A stretch of DNA of 37,610 bases, taken from assembly GCA_051117555.1 (NCBI GenBank), contig JBNPEG010000233.1:1-37610 (forward strand). The letters run 5' to 3'. The stretch's first letter is position 1. Each line of letters starts with the position of its first letter. Position numbers and translations under genes: made by a program. Below, piece by piece: positions 20,201 through 28,600 of this stretch. Under the pieces are notes generated by a model that worked only from the letters and a program-made list of their open reading frames with translations, ran no database searches and was not told the DNA's origin. The DNA comes from Elainellaceae cyanobacterium. Its GTDB lineage: Bacteria; Cyanobacteriota; Cyanobacteriia; CAZCXK01.

Positions 20201-21241
20201 ATCAAGAACATCATTGCCTACGTCGCCAGCTAAGCCGTCATTGCCTGCTCCGCCAAAAATTGAGTCATTTCCAGCCAGCCCAATCAAGACGTTGTTGCCA
20301 CTATTGCCAAATATGGCGTTATCTAAGGCGTTGCCCGTACCATTTAGATTGCTAAAACCAGTGAGAACTAGGGTTTCGACATTATTTGATAGACCAATAG
20401 AAACACTTGATGAAACAACATCAATCCCTTCTCCGGGGTTTTCAGCAACGATATCACCGACGCTATCGACAATATACGTATCATTTCCAAGACCGCCGAG
20501 CATGAAATCATTGCCCAGCCCTCCATCGAGGAAATCATTCCCACTCAAGCCTTGCAGAGTATCGTTTCCGTTTAAACCTTGTAGAATATCGTTGCCATCT
20601 TCACCGATGAGGCTGTCGTCGCCATCTTCACCGACGAGACTATCATTACCAATTCCGCCGAATATCACATCATTCTCGGTACCACCGAAAATGACATCAT
20701 TGCCATCGCCGCCCAGAAGGGTATCAAATCCGGCAGAACCGACGATAAGGTCATCACCGCTACCGCCATCAATGGTGTCATTCCCAGCTTGACCGTCAAG
20801 GGCGTTATTGGCAGCATTGCCAACAATGAAGTTATCGAGACTGTTACCCGTCCCGTTAATCGCTAAGTTACCGGTCAAGACCAGGTTTTCTAGGTTATTG
20901 TCAAGTACCCAACTCAACGAAGCTTGAACGGTGTCGATACCAGCTCCAGCACTTTCAATCGTGCGATCGCCCGTATTATCTACTACGTAAACATCATTTC
21001 CTTGTCCGCCTCTGAGAGTATCCGCGCCAGCCCCTCCATCGAGGATGTCGTTTCCCCCTTCACCCTCAAGCGTGTCATTACCCCCTCCCCCTTGGAGGGT
21101 ATCATTGCCAGCCCCGCCTTCGAGGGTGTCATTTCCACCCAATCCTTGGAGTAAATCAGTCCCACCCAACCCTCGGAGTAAATCCCTCCCGTTCGTTCCG
21201 TTTAGAGTATTGTTTCCGGAGTTGCCTATAATAGTTGCCAT
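11234..21241 (-). CDS. Giant RTX calcium-binding beta-roll repeat protein (3335 aa), likely type I-secreted surface protein
   Basis: Very many GGxGxDxLx nonapeptides interleaved with ~31 (hand count) modules D-TY-VDNxGDxVxE-GIDTVxSSVSFxLxxNVENLxLTG-INGTGN. No signal peptide. The C-terminal DVITDFQ...DKIVL...VYDTSSGSLFY tail is typical of T1SS substrates. Confidence 0.92.
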   Translation of the reverse strand: MATIIGNSGNNTLNGTNGRDLLRGLGGTDLLQGLGGNDTLEGGAGNDTLQGGGGNDTLEGEGGNDILDGGAGADTLRGGQGNDVYVVDNTGDRTIESAGAGIDTVQASLSWVLDNNLENLVLTGNLAINGTGNSLDNFIVGNAANNALDGQAGNDTIDGGSGDDLIVGSAGFDTLLGGDGNDVIFGGTENDVIFGGIGNDSLVGEDGDDSLIGEDGNDILQGLNGNDTLQGLSGNDFLDGGLGNDFMLGGLGNDTYIVDSVGDIVAENPGEGIDVVSSSVSIGLSNNVETLVLTGFSNLNGTGNALDNAIFGNSGNNVLIGLAGNDSIFGGAGNDGLAGDVGNDVLDGGAGDDLLLGGDGDDFLSAGDGNDNLNGGTGNDVLNGGAGNDVMLGEAGNDFLNGNSGNDTINGGDNNDTLIGEQGNDTLIGGNGNDFLNGGIGSDSLDGGSGDDTLVGENDDDTLSGAEGNDILLGGAGNDTLDGGEGNDSLDGGIGADIMTGGAGDDTYTLNDVGDQIIESPGGGNDTVNAIATFDLATDAENVENLVLLGTANINGFGNDLSNRLIGNAGNNELEGREGNDLLDGGAGIDSLRGGAGDDTYIVDNDGDTVIENVDSGTDIVFVSALKAYTLGLNVENLTLVGTSNLRGTGNALDNTITGGSGNDTLLGEGGNDTLIGNAGNDTLGGGEGVDLLVGGLGDDIYVIDDSNDTVVENLNEGIDTVVTRIDFDLSTNGNNVERLTLESGAGNINGTGNILANILTGNEGNNILDGREGADTLIGGAGDDIYRIDNINDSVTEAVGEGNDSVETRVNFSLTTNGANVENLTLITGAGSINAVGNSLDNILTGNESNNTLEGRDGNDTLIGGAGADTLIGGAGNDTYDIDNAGDLVVEQAGAVGGIDTVRSSINFNISTNGANIETLILTGTTNINGTGDANNNTIIGNDGNNTIDGGAGNDLINGGIGNDTLIGGAGNDLIDGGDGADVMSGGAGSDTFVVDNAGDTVAENPNEGVDLVQSSVSFVLGANIENLELVGSDDISGTGNVLANTITGNDGANILDGGQGNDTLIGGRGNDTYSINNTGDVIVENADGGIDTVQSAVSYTLTNNLENLILQPGTGNLNGTGNADANIITGNEGNNVLAGSGGNDTLVGNAGNDTLNGGEGSDVLTGGIGNDTYIIDSATDVINEGVGEGDADAVSSSITFDLSVKGVEVENLTLTGTGNINGIGNDKANTITGNSGNNLLNGGIGNDTLIGGAGSDQLNGGVGTDAMAGGAGDDTYLVDNAGDSVTEDLSQGIDLVESSVSFILGQNVENLNLVGTAPINGVGNSGANTIRGNDAANRLDGLGGADTLIGGLGDDTYVVDDLGDVITEANSAGIDLVESSISFTLGNNLENLTLTGTNTIDGIGNGGNNTIIGNDAANRLDGGSGADELVGGLGNDTYIVDNVGDVVTEVSATGGIDQVESSVSFVLGANVENLVLTGTGSINGTGNTLNNTITGNSDSNILNGQAGADEMAGGAGNDVYIVDDLGDRAIETISGPEGGIDTVRSSVSFVLEENVENLTLTDTGANLNINGTGNSLNNTIIGNSGDNTLDGLGGADTLSGGAGNDIYIVDNVNDVVSETTSTGTDAGGIDTVQSSVTFILGANFENLTLTGTSTINGTGNAGNNTIIGNAGNNIIDGGIGADTMQGGGGDDIYLVENGGDTVTEDSNAGIDTVRSAINFTLSPNVENLILEGTANLSGIGNELANSVSGNSGDNTLTGLAGNDILDGKAGNDFLDGGTGADSLVGGDGNDTYIVDNQGDVVSEVGTGIDRVESSVDFTLGANLENLTLTDTGNISGTGNELANVITGNGGNNTLIGNAGNDTLIGNAGNDTLDGGEGNDAMTGGDGDDTYVVNAVGDTVSEVGTTGIDTVRSDVTFAFATGDNLENLILTGINDINGTGNERANTITGNAGSNILIGGGDNDTLEGGGGNDTLDGGVGSDVMSGGAGDDTYIVDDPGDTVTESLSGTEGGIDTVRSSVSFVLGSNVENLTLTGATATNGTGNALNNIIIGNDSNNVLAGNAGNDILEGNGGNDTLNGGSGADAMNGGAGDDTYVVDDVGDTVTETISGPGGGADLVESSVNFTLGANVEDLLLTGNSDITGVGNDLSNSISGNGGANTLTGNAGNDTLIGNAGNDFLDGGTGNDTMDGGAGDDTFVVDSLGDVVIEAIAGVVGGNDTVRTSVAFSIDGTNIENLIFTGTGPANGTGNSGDNTLIGNNGDNVLSGGDGNDFLDGQGGNDVLDGGAGIDVMVGGTGNDTFIVDNSGDTVTESVGGVEGGIDTVQSSVNFVLGDNVENLTLAAGAGNLNGTGNGMNNTIIGNDGDNILLGEGGNDTLRGLGGSDRLDGGLGADIMDGGDGNDFYVVDDSGDVVSETNADSLTGGVDRVEASVTITLGDNVENLTLIGGGSINGTGNTLNNTLIGNDGSNILTGGAGDDTLNGGAGTDTLDGGSGNDTYIVDNSGDLVIENPGNGIDIVRTIASFTLAENVEIETLILQPGAGSINGTGNEFNNTIIGNEGNNLLNGGAGADSLIGGLGNDTYIVDQIGDIVTEVAGEGIDTIQSAIAFDLTTTPAVENLILTGTADINGIGNALNNTITGNAGNNVLDGRGAGIDTLTGGDGNDTYFVDSVNDTVTEVTGGATGGVDTVNSSVTYTLGSNVENLTLLPGTGAVNGTGNDLNNTITGNESANTLSGGAGDDQLLGGLGNDILFGGDGSDRLTGGTGADAMTGGTGDDIYFVDDAGDTVAESAGGGIDRVESSISFILGSEVENLTLTGSASVNGTGNVLNNTIIGNAGANVLNGGQGADDLQGGDGNDTYVVDNAGDRVTEVTSGAAGGVDLVESSVTFTLGANLENLTLTGTGNINGIGNTRANTVTGNSGNNIIDGGLGADSMSDNAGGDDIYIVDSVGDTVTEALAGTAGGVDLVRSSVDFSLGANIENLELTGSESIDGTGNALNNTITGNSAANILDGGAGADRLIGGDGNDTYFVDSSADVIVETTSGGTDTIQSTASFDLFTNATNVENLVLGGTADINGFGNAANNLIQGNSGANILRGDGGADDLRGGLGNDTYADIDADDTIVENPGGGIDTIQARFSLSLSDAQYLNIENLIFLDGSGNATGIGNTADNTIEGNSGNDTLIGEGGNDTLIGGTGDDRLRGEIGNDVLLGGIGNDILVGGAGQDTLTGGANNDQFVFAALDGAIDVITDFQQLADKIVLKTSVFSALNSNPGNGFSDPMDFGVIGQNGVTMVGDRLVVYDTSSGSLFYQGAQFATVFRSAGSVPALNESDFILDATA

Positions 21242-21644
21242 CGTGCATTAACCCTCGTCAGGAGTAGGTTCTTCAAAAAAATGAATAATGGTCTGTAATT
21301 GCAAATTTTTGGACGCTTTGAGCGTCTTTATGTACGAAAACTTGCTTTATCTTAAAGATGCTCACTTTTAACGGTTTTCTCTATCAGAGAGAGTACCCAA
21401 ATCAAGAGAGGGGTTCACGGAAGCGTCCGAAAAATTACGTAGAGAATTTTCTAGACATCCGTGTGATTGGCGATTCCTTAAACGAAGAAAATCTGCTGAA
21501 TTCCCTCAAACATTTCGAAAATCGCCAAAAATCTCTCTAACAAAACTGCCATTAGATTACCCAGATAGCATGGATAACTCGCAAAGCTCAGCAATTCCGT
21601 AATAGAGATATTGGCGTTTTACAATTCCTGAAAGTTTAATTTTC

Positions 21645-21687
21645 TATAGCGATCCTAAATCACTTGTGAATTGTGTGTGAGCGGTGG
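21645..21687. mobile_element. MITE family 1, truncated copy (left half only)
   Basis: TATAGCGATCCTAAATCACTTGTGAATTGTGTGTGAGCGGTGG matches the starts of 2099 and 23890; no right IR follows. Confidence 0.7.
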
Positions 21688-21864
21688 CATGAGCCTGATT
21701 AGCACTAGTTCTCGATTATCGTGCCGTTTAAGAGCAGTTTTCATCAATTCTACGGAGTGTCACTGAACGAGTTTCCGTTTTCGGATATTCTCTGAGGAGA
21801 ATCGCAAAAGAGGGAAGGGCTTAAGCACCTTGCTTGCTGCCGCTTCGTCCTGGACTATTGCTGG

Positions 21865-23652
21865 TTATACAGGCAGTACCATATCAGCCTGACTTGAGCC
21901 TAGGGCTCCTGAGTACACCAAGCCTCGCTGCATGTCTAGTGTGAGGATGGTGCCGTCTCGAATGATTTCAGTCGCTTTTTTAACACCAACAATCACCGGA
22001 ACTCCGAGACGCAATCCAATTATGGCGGCGTGACTCGTCAAACTGTCGTCTTCAGTCACAATACCGGCTGCTTTACGAATTGCTTCAATAAAGTCAGCAT
22101 TCGTGCGCGAGGTGACCAAAATTTCTCCAGGATTGAAGTTTCCAGCATCCATGCCGCTATGAGCAACTCGTGCCCGTCCACTTACCGATCCTTGACCAAT
22201 GCCAATTCCCTTGCCTAACACAGCCGTCACGATTTCAACTTTGATTAAATCAGTTGATCCTGCTACGCCTTGAAGAGTCCCAGCGGTCATTACAACTAAA
22301 TCGCTCTCCTTCAAGAGATGCTTTTCTTGAGCCACATTGAGCGCAGCTTGAAACGTTTGGCTAGTCGACGGCAAATTAAGCACTAATAAGGGTTTGACAC
22401 CCCAGACTAATTGAAGCTGACGCGCTACGTCCACATGGGGAGTCACTGCTAGAATCGGGGTGTTGGGGCGAAATTTCGATACATTACGTGCAGTTGCCCC
22501 TGTTTTTGTCAGCGTCATGATGGCGGATGCATCGAGTTGCTGAGCAATACGCCCAACTGCTTGACTAATGGCGTTAGGGATCGATCGCCCTAGAGTCTCC
22601 TCAAATGCCCGTGATGGAAGCTGGTCTTGCTCGATACGGTTTGCAATTCGAGCCATCGTGGCAACTGCTTGAACCGGAAATTTTCCAACGGCGGTTTCAT
22701 TGGATAACATTACCGCATCCGTGCCATCTAGAATCGCGTTGGCAACATCGGAAATCTCAGCACGAGTTGGCCGAGGATTATTAACCATGCTGTCGAGCAT
22801 TTGCGTTGCTGTGATGACTGGAATACCTAAGCAATTGGCGATCGAAATCAGCCGCTTTTGCAGAATGGGTACCTCTTCAGCGGGCAATTCGACGCCCAAA
22901 TCGCCCCGTGCAACCATCACCCCATCACAAATTGACAGAATGGATTCCATCTGTTCGATGGCTTCATGCTTCTCAATTTTGGCAACGACGGGAACATCTT
23001 TCCCTGTACTTGAAATTAGTTCTTTGATTTCTAGTACGTCCTGAGGATCACGCACAAAGCTAAGAGCAACCCAGTCGACACCTTGATCAAGCCCAAACAT
23101 CAAGTCTTTGCGATCTTTATCTGTCAAGGCTTTAATTGACAAATAGACACCGGGAAAATTTACGCCTTTGCTGTTAGACAGAGTTCCACCCACCACGACT
23201 CGACAATGAAGCTGTCCTTTTTTCTGATCGACGGCTTCTACCTGCATTTCAACGCGTCCGTCATCGAGGAGAATCGTAGCCCCATTAGGCACTTCCTCAG
23301 AGAGAGGCCCGTACGTGACCGAGCTAATATGTTGAGTTCCGACACAGGGATGACTTGTCAGAATAAACATATCGCCACGCTCTAGCGTGATCGAACCATG
23401 CTCAAACCGTCCTAGTCGAATTTTAGGCCCTTGCAAGTCTTGAAGAATTCCGACGGGTTGATTGAGCTCGAAGGAAATCTGTCGAATTAGTCGGATGCTG
23501 CGCTGATGGTCTTCATGAGTTCCGTGAGAAAAATTTAACCGCAACGTTGTCGCGCCTGCCTCAATGAGATCACGAAGGACTGCTGGGCTGCTAGTCGCAG
23601 GACCAATAGTGGCTACAATTTTTGTCCGACGTAGAGGTGTTTGCCGATGCAT
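21865..23652 (-). CDS. pyk: Pyruvate kinase with C-terminal PEP-utilising mobile domain
   Basis: RRTKIVATIGPA, RLNFSHG, DLQGPKIR, AKIEK, MVARGDLGVE, TATQMLDSM and C-terminal TSHAAIIG. Start is probably ATG 23652 (alternative 23700). Confidence 0.96.
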   Translation of the reverse strand: MHRQTPLRRTKIVATIGPATSSPAVLRDLIEAGATTLRLNFSHGTHEDHQRSIRLIRQISFELNQPVGILQDLQGPKIRLGRFEHGSITLERGDMFILTSHPCVGTQHISSVTYGPLSEEVPNGATILLDDGRVEMQVEAVDQKKGQLHCRVVVGGTLSNSKGVNFPGVYLSIKALTDKDRKDLMFGLDQGVDWVALSFVRDPQDVLEIKELISSTGKDVPVVAKIEKHEAIEQMESILSICDGVMVARGDLGVELPAEEVPILQKRLISIANCLGIPVITATQMLDSMVNNPRPTRAEISDVANAILDGTDAVMLSNETAVGKFPVQAVATMARIANRIEQDQLPSRAFEETLGRSIPNAISQAVGRIAQQLDASAIMTLTKTGATARNVSKFRPNTPILAVTPHVDVARQLQLVWGVKPLLVLNLPSTSQTFQAALNVAQEKHLLKESDLVVMTAGTLQGVAGSTDLIKVEIVTAVLGKGIGIGQGSVSGRARVAHSGMDAGNFNPGEILVTSRTNADFIEAIRKAAGIVTEDDSLTSHAAIIGLRLGVPVIVGVKKATEIIRDGTILTLDMQRGLVYSGALGSSQADMVLPV

Positions 23653-23889
23653 GGAGAATCTAGAAGCAGGAGACGAATTGAACACTGTATTGTCGCCCAT
23701 GGTAATTGATGCGGTTCCTTAAGGGGTATATCCTATGAGTCCTAGTTCAACATCTATATCAAGAATTTACGGAAGCATCACGAGCATGCACGACCGGGGT
23801 AACAAGCAAAACGGATATTACCACGTTTATAAACATCTATTACTTTCTTAGCCAAGTCTATCCATAAATTATGGGTGCGATTTAGCTTG

Positions 23890-23977
23890 TATAGCGATCC
23901 TAAATTGCTTGTGAATTGTGTGTGAGCGGGTGGGCAGGCGCTGCCCCACCGCTCGCAACCCATCTGGGATTGCTATA
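23890..23977. mobile_element. MITE family 1, copy B
   Basis: TATAGCGATCCTAAATTGCTTGTGAATTG...CAACCCATCTGGGATTGCTATA with a GC-rich internal hairpin. Confidence 0.8.
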
Positions 23978-24117
23978 GAGATTAATTTTGATAGGAAGTT
24001 TTGTCTTCTGGGATGAATAGGGTAGGATTTCAAAGAAATGTTTTACAATCCTGACAATGTAGCCACCGCGATAGTTCGCGCTTTCTATAGAAAAATTCTG
24101 ATCTTCGAAGTGTGACT

Positions 24118-24141
24118 AAAAAAAGCCTGCAAGAGCAGGCT
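24118..24141 (-). terminator. Intrinsic terminator of the COP23-domain gene
   Basis: AGCCTGC-4 nt-GCAGGCT hairpin followed by T7 on the minus strand. Confidence 0.7.
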
Positions 24142-24239
24142 GAATCAACGACCTGGAGGATCGCCAAAATCAAATACGTTTAAGATGCTTCGTTCCTATC
24201 CCTAAATTTTCGCTAGATAATAAATGTGTTGGAGAGCCG

Positions 24240-25064
24240 TTAGCGGAAATTACCAGGATTTAGACGAGGAGCAGCTTGGAATGAGTCACCACCCCGAAGC
24301 TGAGCTCCTGTGCCTCCATCGGCTGGGTCTAAGAATGGTCGCAAATTGATGGCATCGGTTTGAGAACGACGCTGACCAGGTAGGGACGGAAGATTGATCC
24401 CTAGTTCTTGTCCGATTTGATTAATGATTCTTGTGCCATCCGCACGATATGTACTGACAGCGTCGGTTTGCTGTCCACTATCGGCAACAGCTAGATTCTC
24501 AAACACGCGATCGCGCGTCACGACTGGATCTTGTCCAACGGGTACGGTAAACACGATCCGGCAATCTGCGATCGCCTCTGTCGAGACACAAACGGTGTTA
24601 TAGCCGTTTTCTACATCAGTTCGCATCTCCAACAAACCGTCAGGACGATAGGCTTCTAAGCGACGGCTGATTTCAGCACAGCGACGATCAGCAGACCATC
24701 CACCCCCCATGGTTTGAGGTTTTGCCCAGGAATAAAATTCTTCCGGTTGGCTTTGGGGATTGTACATCACGGTATATTCCCCATCGATCAGTTGACACGA
24801 GAATCGGGCCGTTGAGTTTGACTCGGTCGATGCATCAGAGTCAGCCCCACTGCTTTGGGCGTGTATAGTTGTCTGAGGAGTCATCTCACCTGGGGACGCA
24901 GCAATGGTTTGGGATACCGCAATTCCACGAGATGCCCCTGTTCCCAAACTGGCGATCGCCAGAACAGTGACCCCTACTAGTCGACTCCCTACCTTGAATG
25001 CTGAATGAGCGATATCCATAAATGCCTCCGAACCCTTTGATGGCAACATCGTTTGTCTGAGCAT
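24240..25064 (-). CDS. COP23-domain exported protein
   Basis: Signal-like hydrophobic N-terminus. RFSCQ...MGGGWSADRRCAEISRRLE...NGYNTVCV...CRIVFTV pattern of the cyanobacterial COP23 family. Start may be the later Met (MDIAH). Confidence 0.8.
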   Translation of the reverse strand: MLRQTMLPSKGSEAFMDIAHSAFKVGSRLVGVTVLAIASLGTGASRGIAVSQTIAASPGEMTPQTTIHAQSSGADSDASTESNSTARFSCQLIDGEYTVMYNPQSQPEEFYSWAKPQTMGGGWSADRRCAEISRRLEAYRPDGLLEMRTDVENGYNTVCVSTEAIADCRIVFTVPVGQDPVVTRDRVFENLAVADSGQQTDAVSTYRADGTRIINQIGQELGINLPSLPGQRRSQTDAINLRPFLDPADGGTGAQLRGGDSFQAAPRLNPGNFR

Positions 25065-25204
25065 AACGCCTAAAATGATGGCTAAGGGGGCATATGCCTT
25101 AGCTACTTCGAAATTCAGACTCTCTATGCTTTAGAAAAAGACGCATGGGATTATCGTAAGGTGCCCGAGGGTCATACAAATTTACACATTCGTCCGTTAG
25201 CCAC

Positions 25205-25299
25205 TATAGCGGTATGCGCTTGAGTTAGGCACGCTGGTGTGGGACGCGCTTCGCCCCAAGCCACCCTTTCTATACTTAGCGCAATTGAAAATTGCTATA
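25205..25299. mobile_element. MITE-like element, family 2
   Basis: TATAGCGGT...ATTGCTATA termini, ~95 bp, internal imperfect GC hairpin. Confidence 0.6.
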
Positions 25300-25614
25300 C
25301 AAGCCATTGGGCATCAGAGCCTATTAGCTCCTTGGCAAAAATATACTTCGATCGATTTAGAACCAATAAGATGCGGAAAAATTGTGCACTTTCATTAATC
25401 AAAGTTATGGTGTTACCCCAAAGCCGTCGTAAAGTTTTATAAAAAAATGTCTGTGTACCTTGCTACACTGGTTTCTGGAAAGGGAATCAACCCGTGTGTT
25501 GATATCTATAGTACCGACTGTCGATTTGGGAACGCGCAGTTCGGATTTCTTTCACTTGAGAATGCAACGTCTATTGAGAAACGACCTTACTGGCTCTATA
25601 CAGAGCCAGTTTTT

Positions 25615-28600
25615 TTATAGTTTTGGCAAAATTTCAGGAAGCAGAGAGCCCGGCAGCTTTGATAACGCAAGGTTTTGTCCCGTGACTCCCCCTTTCGTGA
25701 AGAAAGCACGCACCGCTTGAACAATGCACTGAATCGCAGTTTGCCGCAGTTCAGGCTTTTGTTGCCATCCCTGGAGCGCAGCGACATGACTCGCGAGAGC
25801 AGCTTGTAGATGATCTGACCAGCCCTCCTTGCTCAAGGTGATTTGGGCATCGGTTGCTAGCTCATAATGCACCAGCCCCAGGTTGTTATAGGTCGCAAGT
25901 ACGTCAAAGTTGAGCGGAGTGGGAACCGATGATTCGATGATTTTGTTGACTGCAAAAAGCGCTTGATCATACGCAGCGATCGCCCTTTCTAGATAGTCTC
26001 GTTTAGTCGTTGGGTTGTCATCCGTGTGGCTAGCTAGATGCCAATAGGCGGTTCCCAAATTATTTTGGGTTGCTGCAAATGCAGATGGCACTGTATCGAG
26101 CGTGCGATATTTTAATGCCATCCGATAGGCTCCTAGAGCCAGGGCTAACCAATCTTGAGGCTGTTCAAATTGCGCTAGATTCCAGTAAGCCGTACCCAGG
26201 TTGTTCTGAATCATGGCATAGTTAAGCGGCTCTTGCTCAGGGCGATAATATCGCAGCGCTTCCGCATAAGCCGTGATTGCTTGCTTTAGGTGCTCCTTGG
26301 GGTGGTTATGCTGGGCTAGATTCCAGTATGTCGTGCCTAGATTGTTCTGAGTTGATGCATACCGCATGGGGTCATCCTCTGCCTTGCGATAGCGCAGCGC
26401 CTCCTGATATGCCTGAATCGATCGCTGGAGATTTTCAGCAGGCTCTTGATATCGCGCCAAATCTCCATATGCCGCTCCCACATTGTTTTGAATCATGGGA
26501 TAGGTCTGGGGATGTGTCTGAGGAGAGATTTTGGTGAGCGCAACTTGATAAAACTGGATGCCTTGCTGCAAGTAAGGAAGCCCTTGTTCTGGGCTTAACG
26601 CTGACCGAGACAGCAGCCAGCATAGATTTCCCATGTCGTTGAGCACTTCTGCCCACATCGGTGAGCCTTCGTCAAGCCAGCGCAAGACTTGCTCATACGC
26701 GTTCATTGCGCCCATGAGAGTCTGATTGGAGGCATCTCCCTGCTCGATGCGATCGCGATAGAGATTGCCTAATGATCGATACGCATGAGCAAGAACCATC
26801 GCCGGCGCTTGCTGTCGATGCAAGTTTTCAATCTGATTTAAGAAGCTCTGAGTCTGGGGATCAGACGGTGCATCTTGCCTGAGTTTTTCTGCGATTTCTG
26901 CATCGATCGCCTGAGAAACGGTATGGGTCTGCTGAGCCGTTTTATCTGCCGAGCCGGTCAATGTAAAATCTAAGAAATTTGGATCAGCATCAACAATATC
27001 CAGTTCTTGAGGCTGCTCTTGAAGGGATTGCTGAGCATCCGCATCCGGGGTGTCAGCAGCACGATCAGAGGTAGAGGGGTGAACACTAGCGCGATCGCCC
27101 AGTGCATGAGTGACGTCAGTGTCATCGGGAGAAAATGGCTGAACCTCATCGCGAGCACCTGCTAAAGAGTCTAACTTCAAGTGTTCAACCGTCAGAGCAT
27201 CCAGTTCAACATCCAGTTCTCCTGCAAGGTCTCTGACATCCTCCCGATTAAAGGCTTCATTCTCTACAGCATCACCGTGGGTGTCATTGACACGAGCATC
27301 ACTGTGCCTGATGCCGGGAATATCAGGCGATTTCATGTTAACGATGTCAATTTCGGTATCGTCGCCTGTCTCTTTGGCCTGAGACGCATCGGCATTAGCA
27401 GACTCAGCATCCTCGAAGACGTCATCAAGTCGTGAGTTAGAGTCTGTTAATGCTTGATCAAACTCAGTCAAATCAAGCTCTGTTGGATTAAACTCAGCCT
27501 CACTTAGGTGCTCGTTGGGTGTGTCTGTTACGTCTGCGGAGTCAGCCTCGGCGAGAGCCGTTAAGTCTGCTTCAATATCATCGGCTGATAGGAGAGAACC
27601 GTGAGGAGGAAGTTCATCTTCGGGCTGCAAGTATTCAGGCTCAAGGGCAGATTCATCAGAATAATCGTCCCGTGGCTCCGTTAGCTCCGATGATACTGAT
27701 GGTTGATCGTCAGGGCGCTGAGATTCGACGGGCATCATTGGAGCATCCGCATCCGCCTCAGGTTCAGTTGAGGGTAGATCGGGCGTATCAAGCGGAAGGC
27801 TGTTAGGCAAAGGTAATCGCTCTGCCAGAGTTTGGTCAACTTGCAGCAATAATTCTTCAAACAGGGCATCCGACGCCGTTTCATCAGTGTGAGGACTAAC
27901 CGTATCCCCCCCGTCAGGCTCGTCTTGAGGAATTAGGTCTTGGTTCAGAATATCGGTCGCATCAGGTGGAGCCGTCTCCTCCGAAACGTCAGGGATGATA
28001 TCACGGTCATACGACTCTAGCGCTTCGTCAAGGGGCTGTTCTTGTGGCTGAGAAGGGACGTCGGGCAGAGGATGGGCGTGATCAAGCTCGAATTGACGCG
28101 ATTCATCCAACGAGGCGTCGTCGTGCTGTAGCGAGCGTCGGAACGAAGCATTCTCCGCGCGTGGCGATGGAGGGTTTGGCGACGCCTGAGAGGAGGGCGA
28201 TTCAAGGCGTGATTCAAGCGGAGGATGGGATGGAAGCGGAGCATCTTGCCGATGATGCTCGCGGTGTCGTGAAAATGGCTGTGACGTATAAACGGTAGCG
28301 GGTGGAGCTGATGATGCCGCAAGCGATCGCTTTTCTCGGCTAATCAGAGGCGTTGGTTCACCCAGAAAGTCAAAGATAGCCGTCCGGCAATGCCAAAACT
28401 CAGGAGCCGATTGAGGAATGATCCGCACCCACGGGCGCGGCAGCCAGAAGAGAATGCTCGATTCTAGCGCCGGTAGACTGCGTTCAATACTTTGTAGATA
28501 AGTGAGAAACAGCCACTGTGTCGATGCAGGCTGACGACTCAACTGCTCGATTCCCAAAATTTGAAACGCAGGCATCGGTAGGCGGAGATTGCCCCGTTGA

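Noticed and set aside
11546..21251. Numerous + strand Ser/Pro/Leu-rich ORFs (e.g. 19746-20792, 348 aa)
   Set aside because: Antisense shadows of the Gly/Asp/Asn repeat codons of the RTX gene; no independent coding signal.
21358..21540. 60-aa ORF upstream of the RTX gene
   Set aside because: AT-rich promoter-like region with no recognisable homology or supporting signals.
23778..23963. 61-aa ORF upstream of pyk
   Set aside because: It begins inside MITE copy B and is a chance reading frame.
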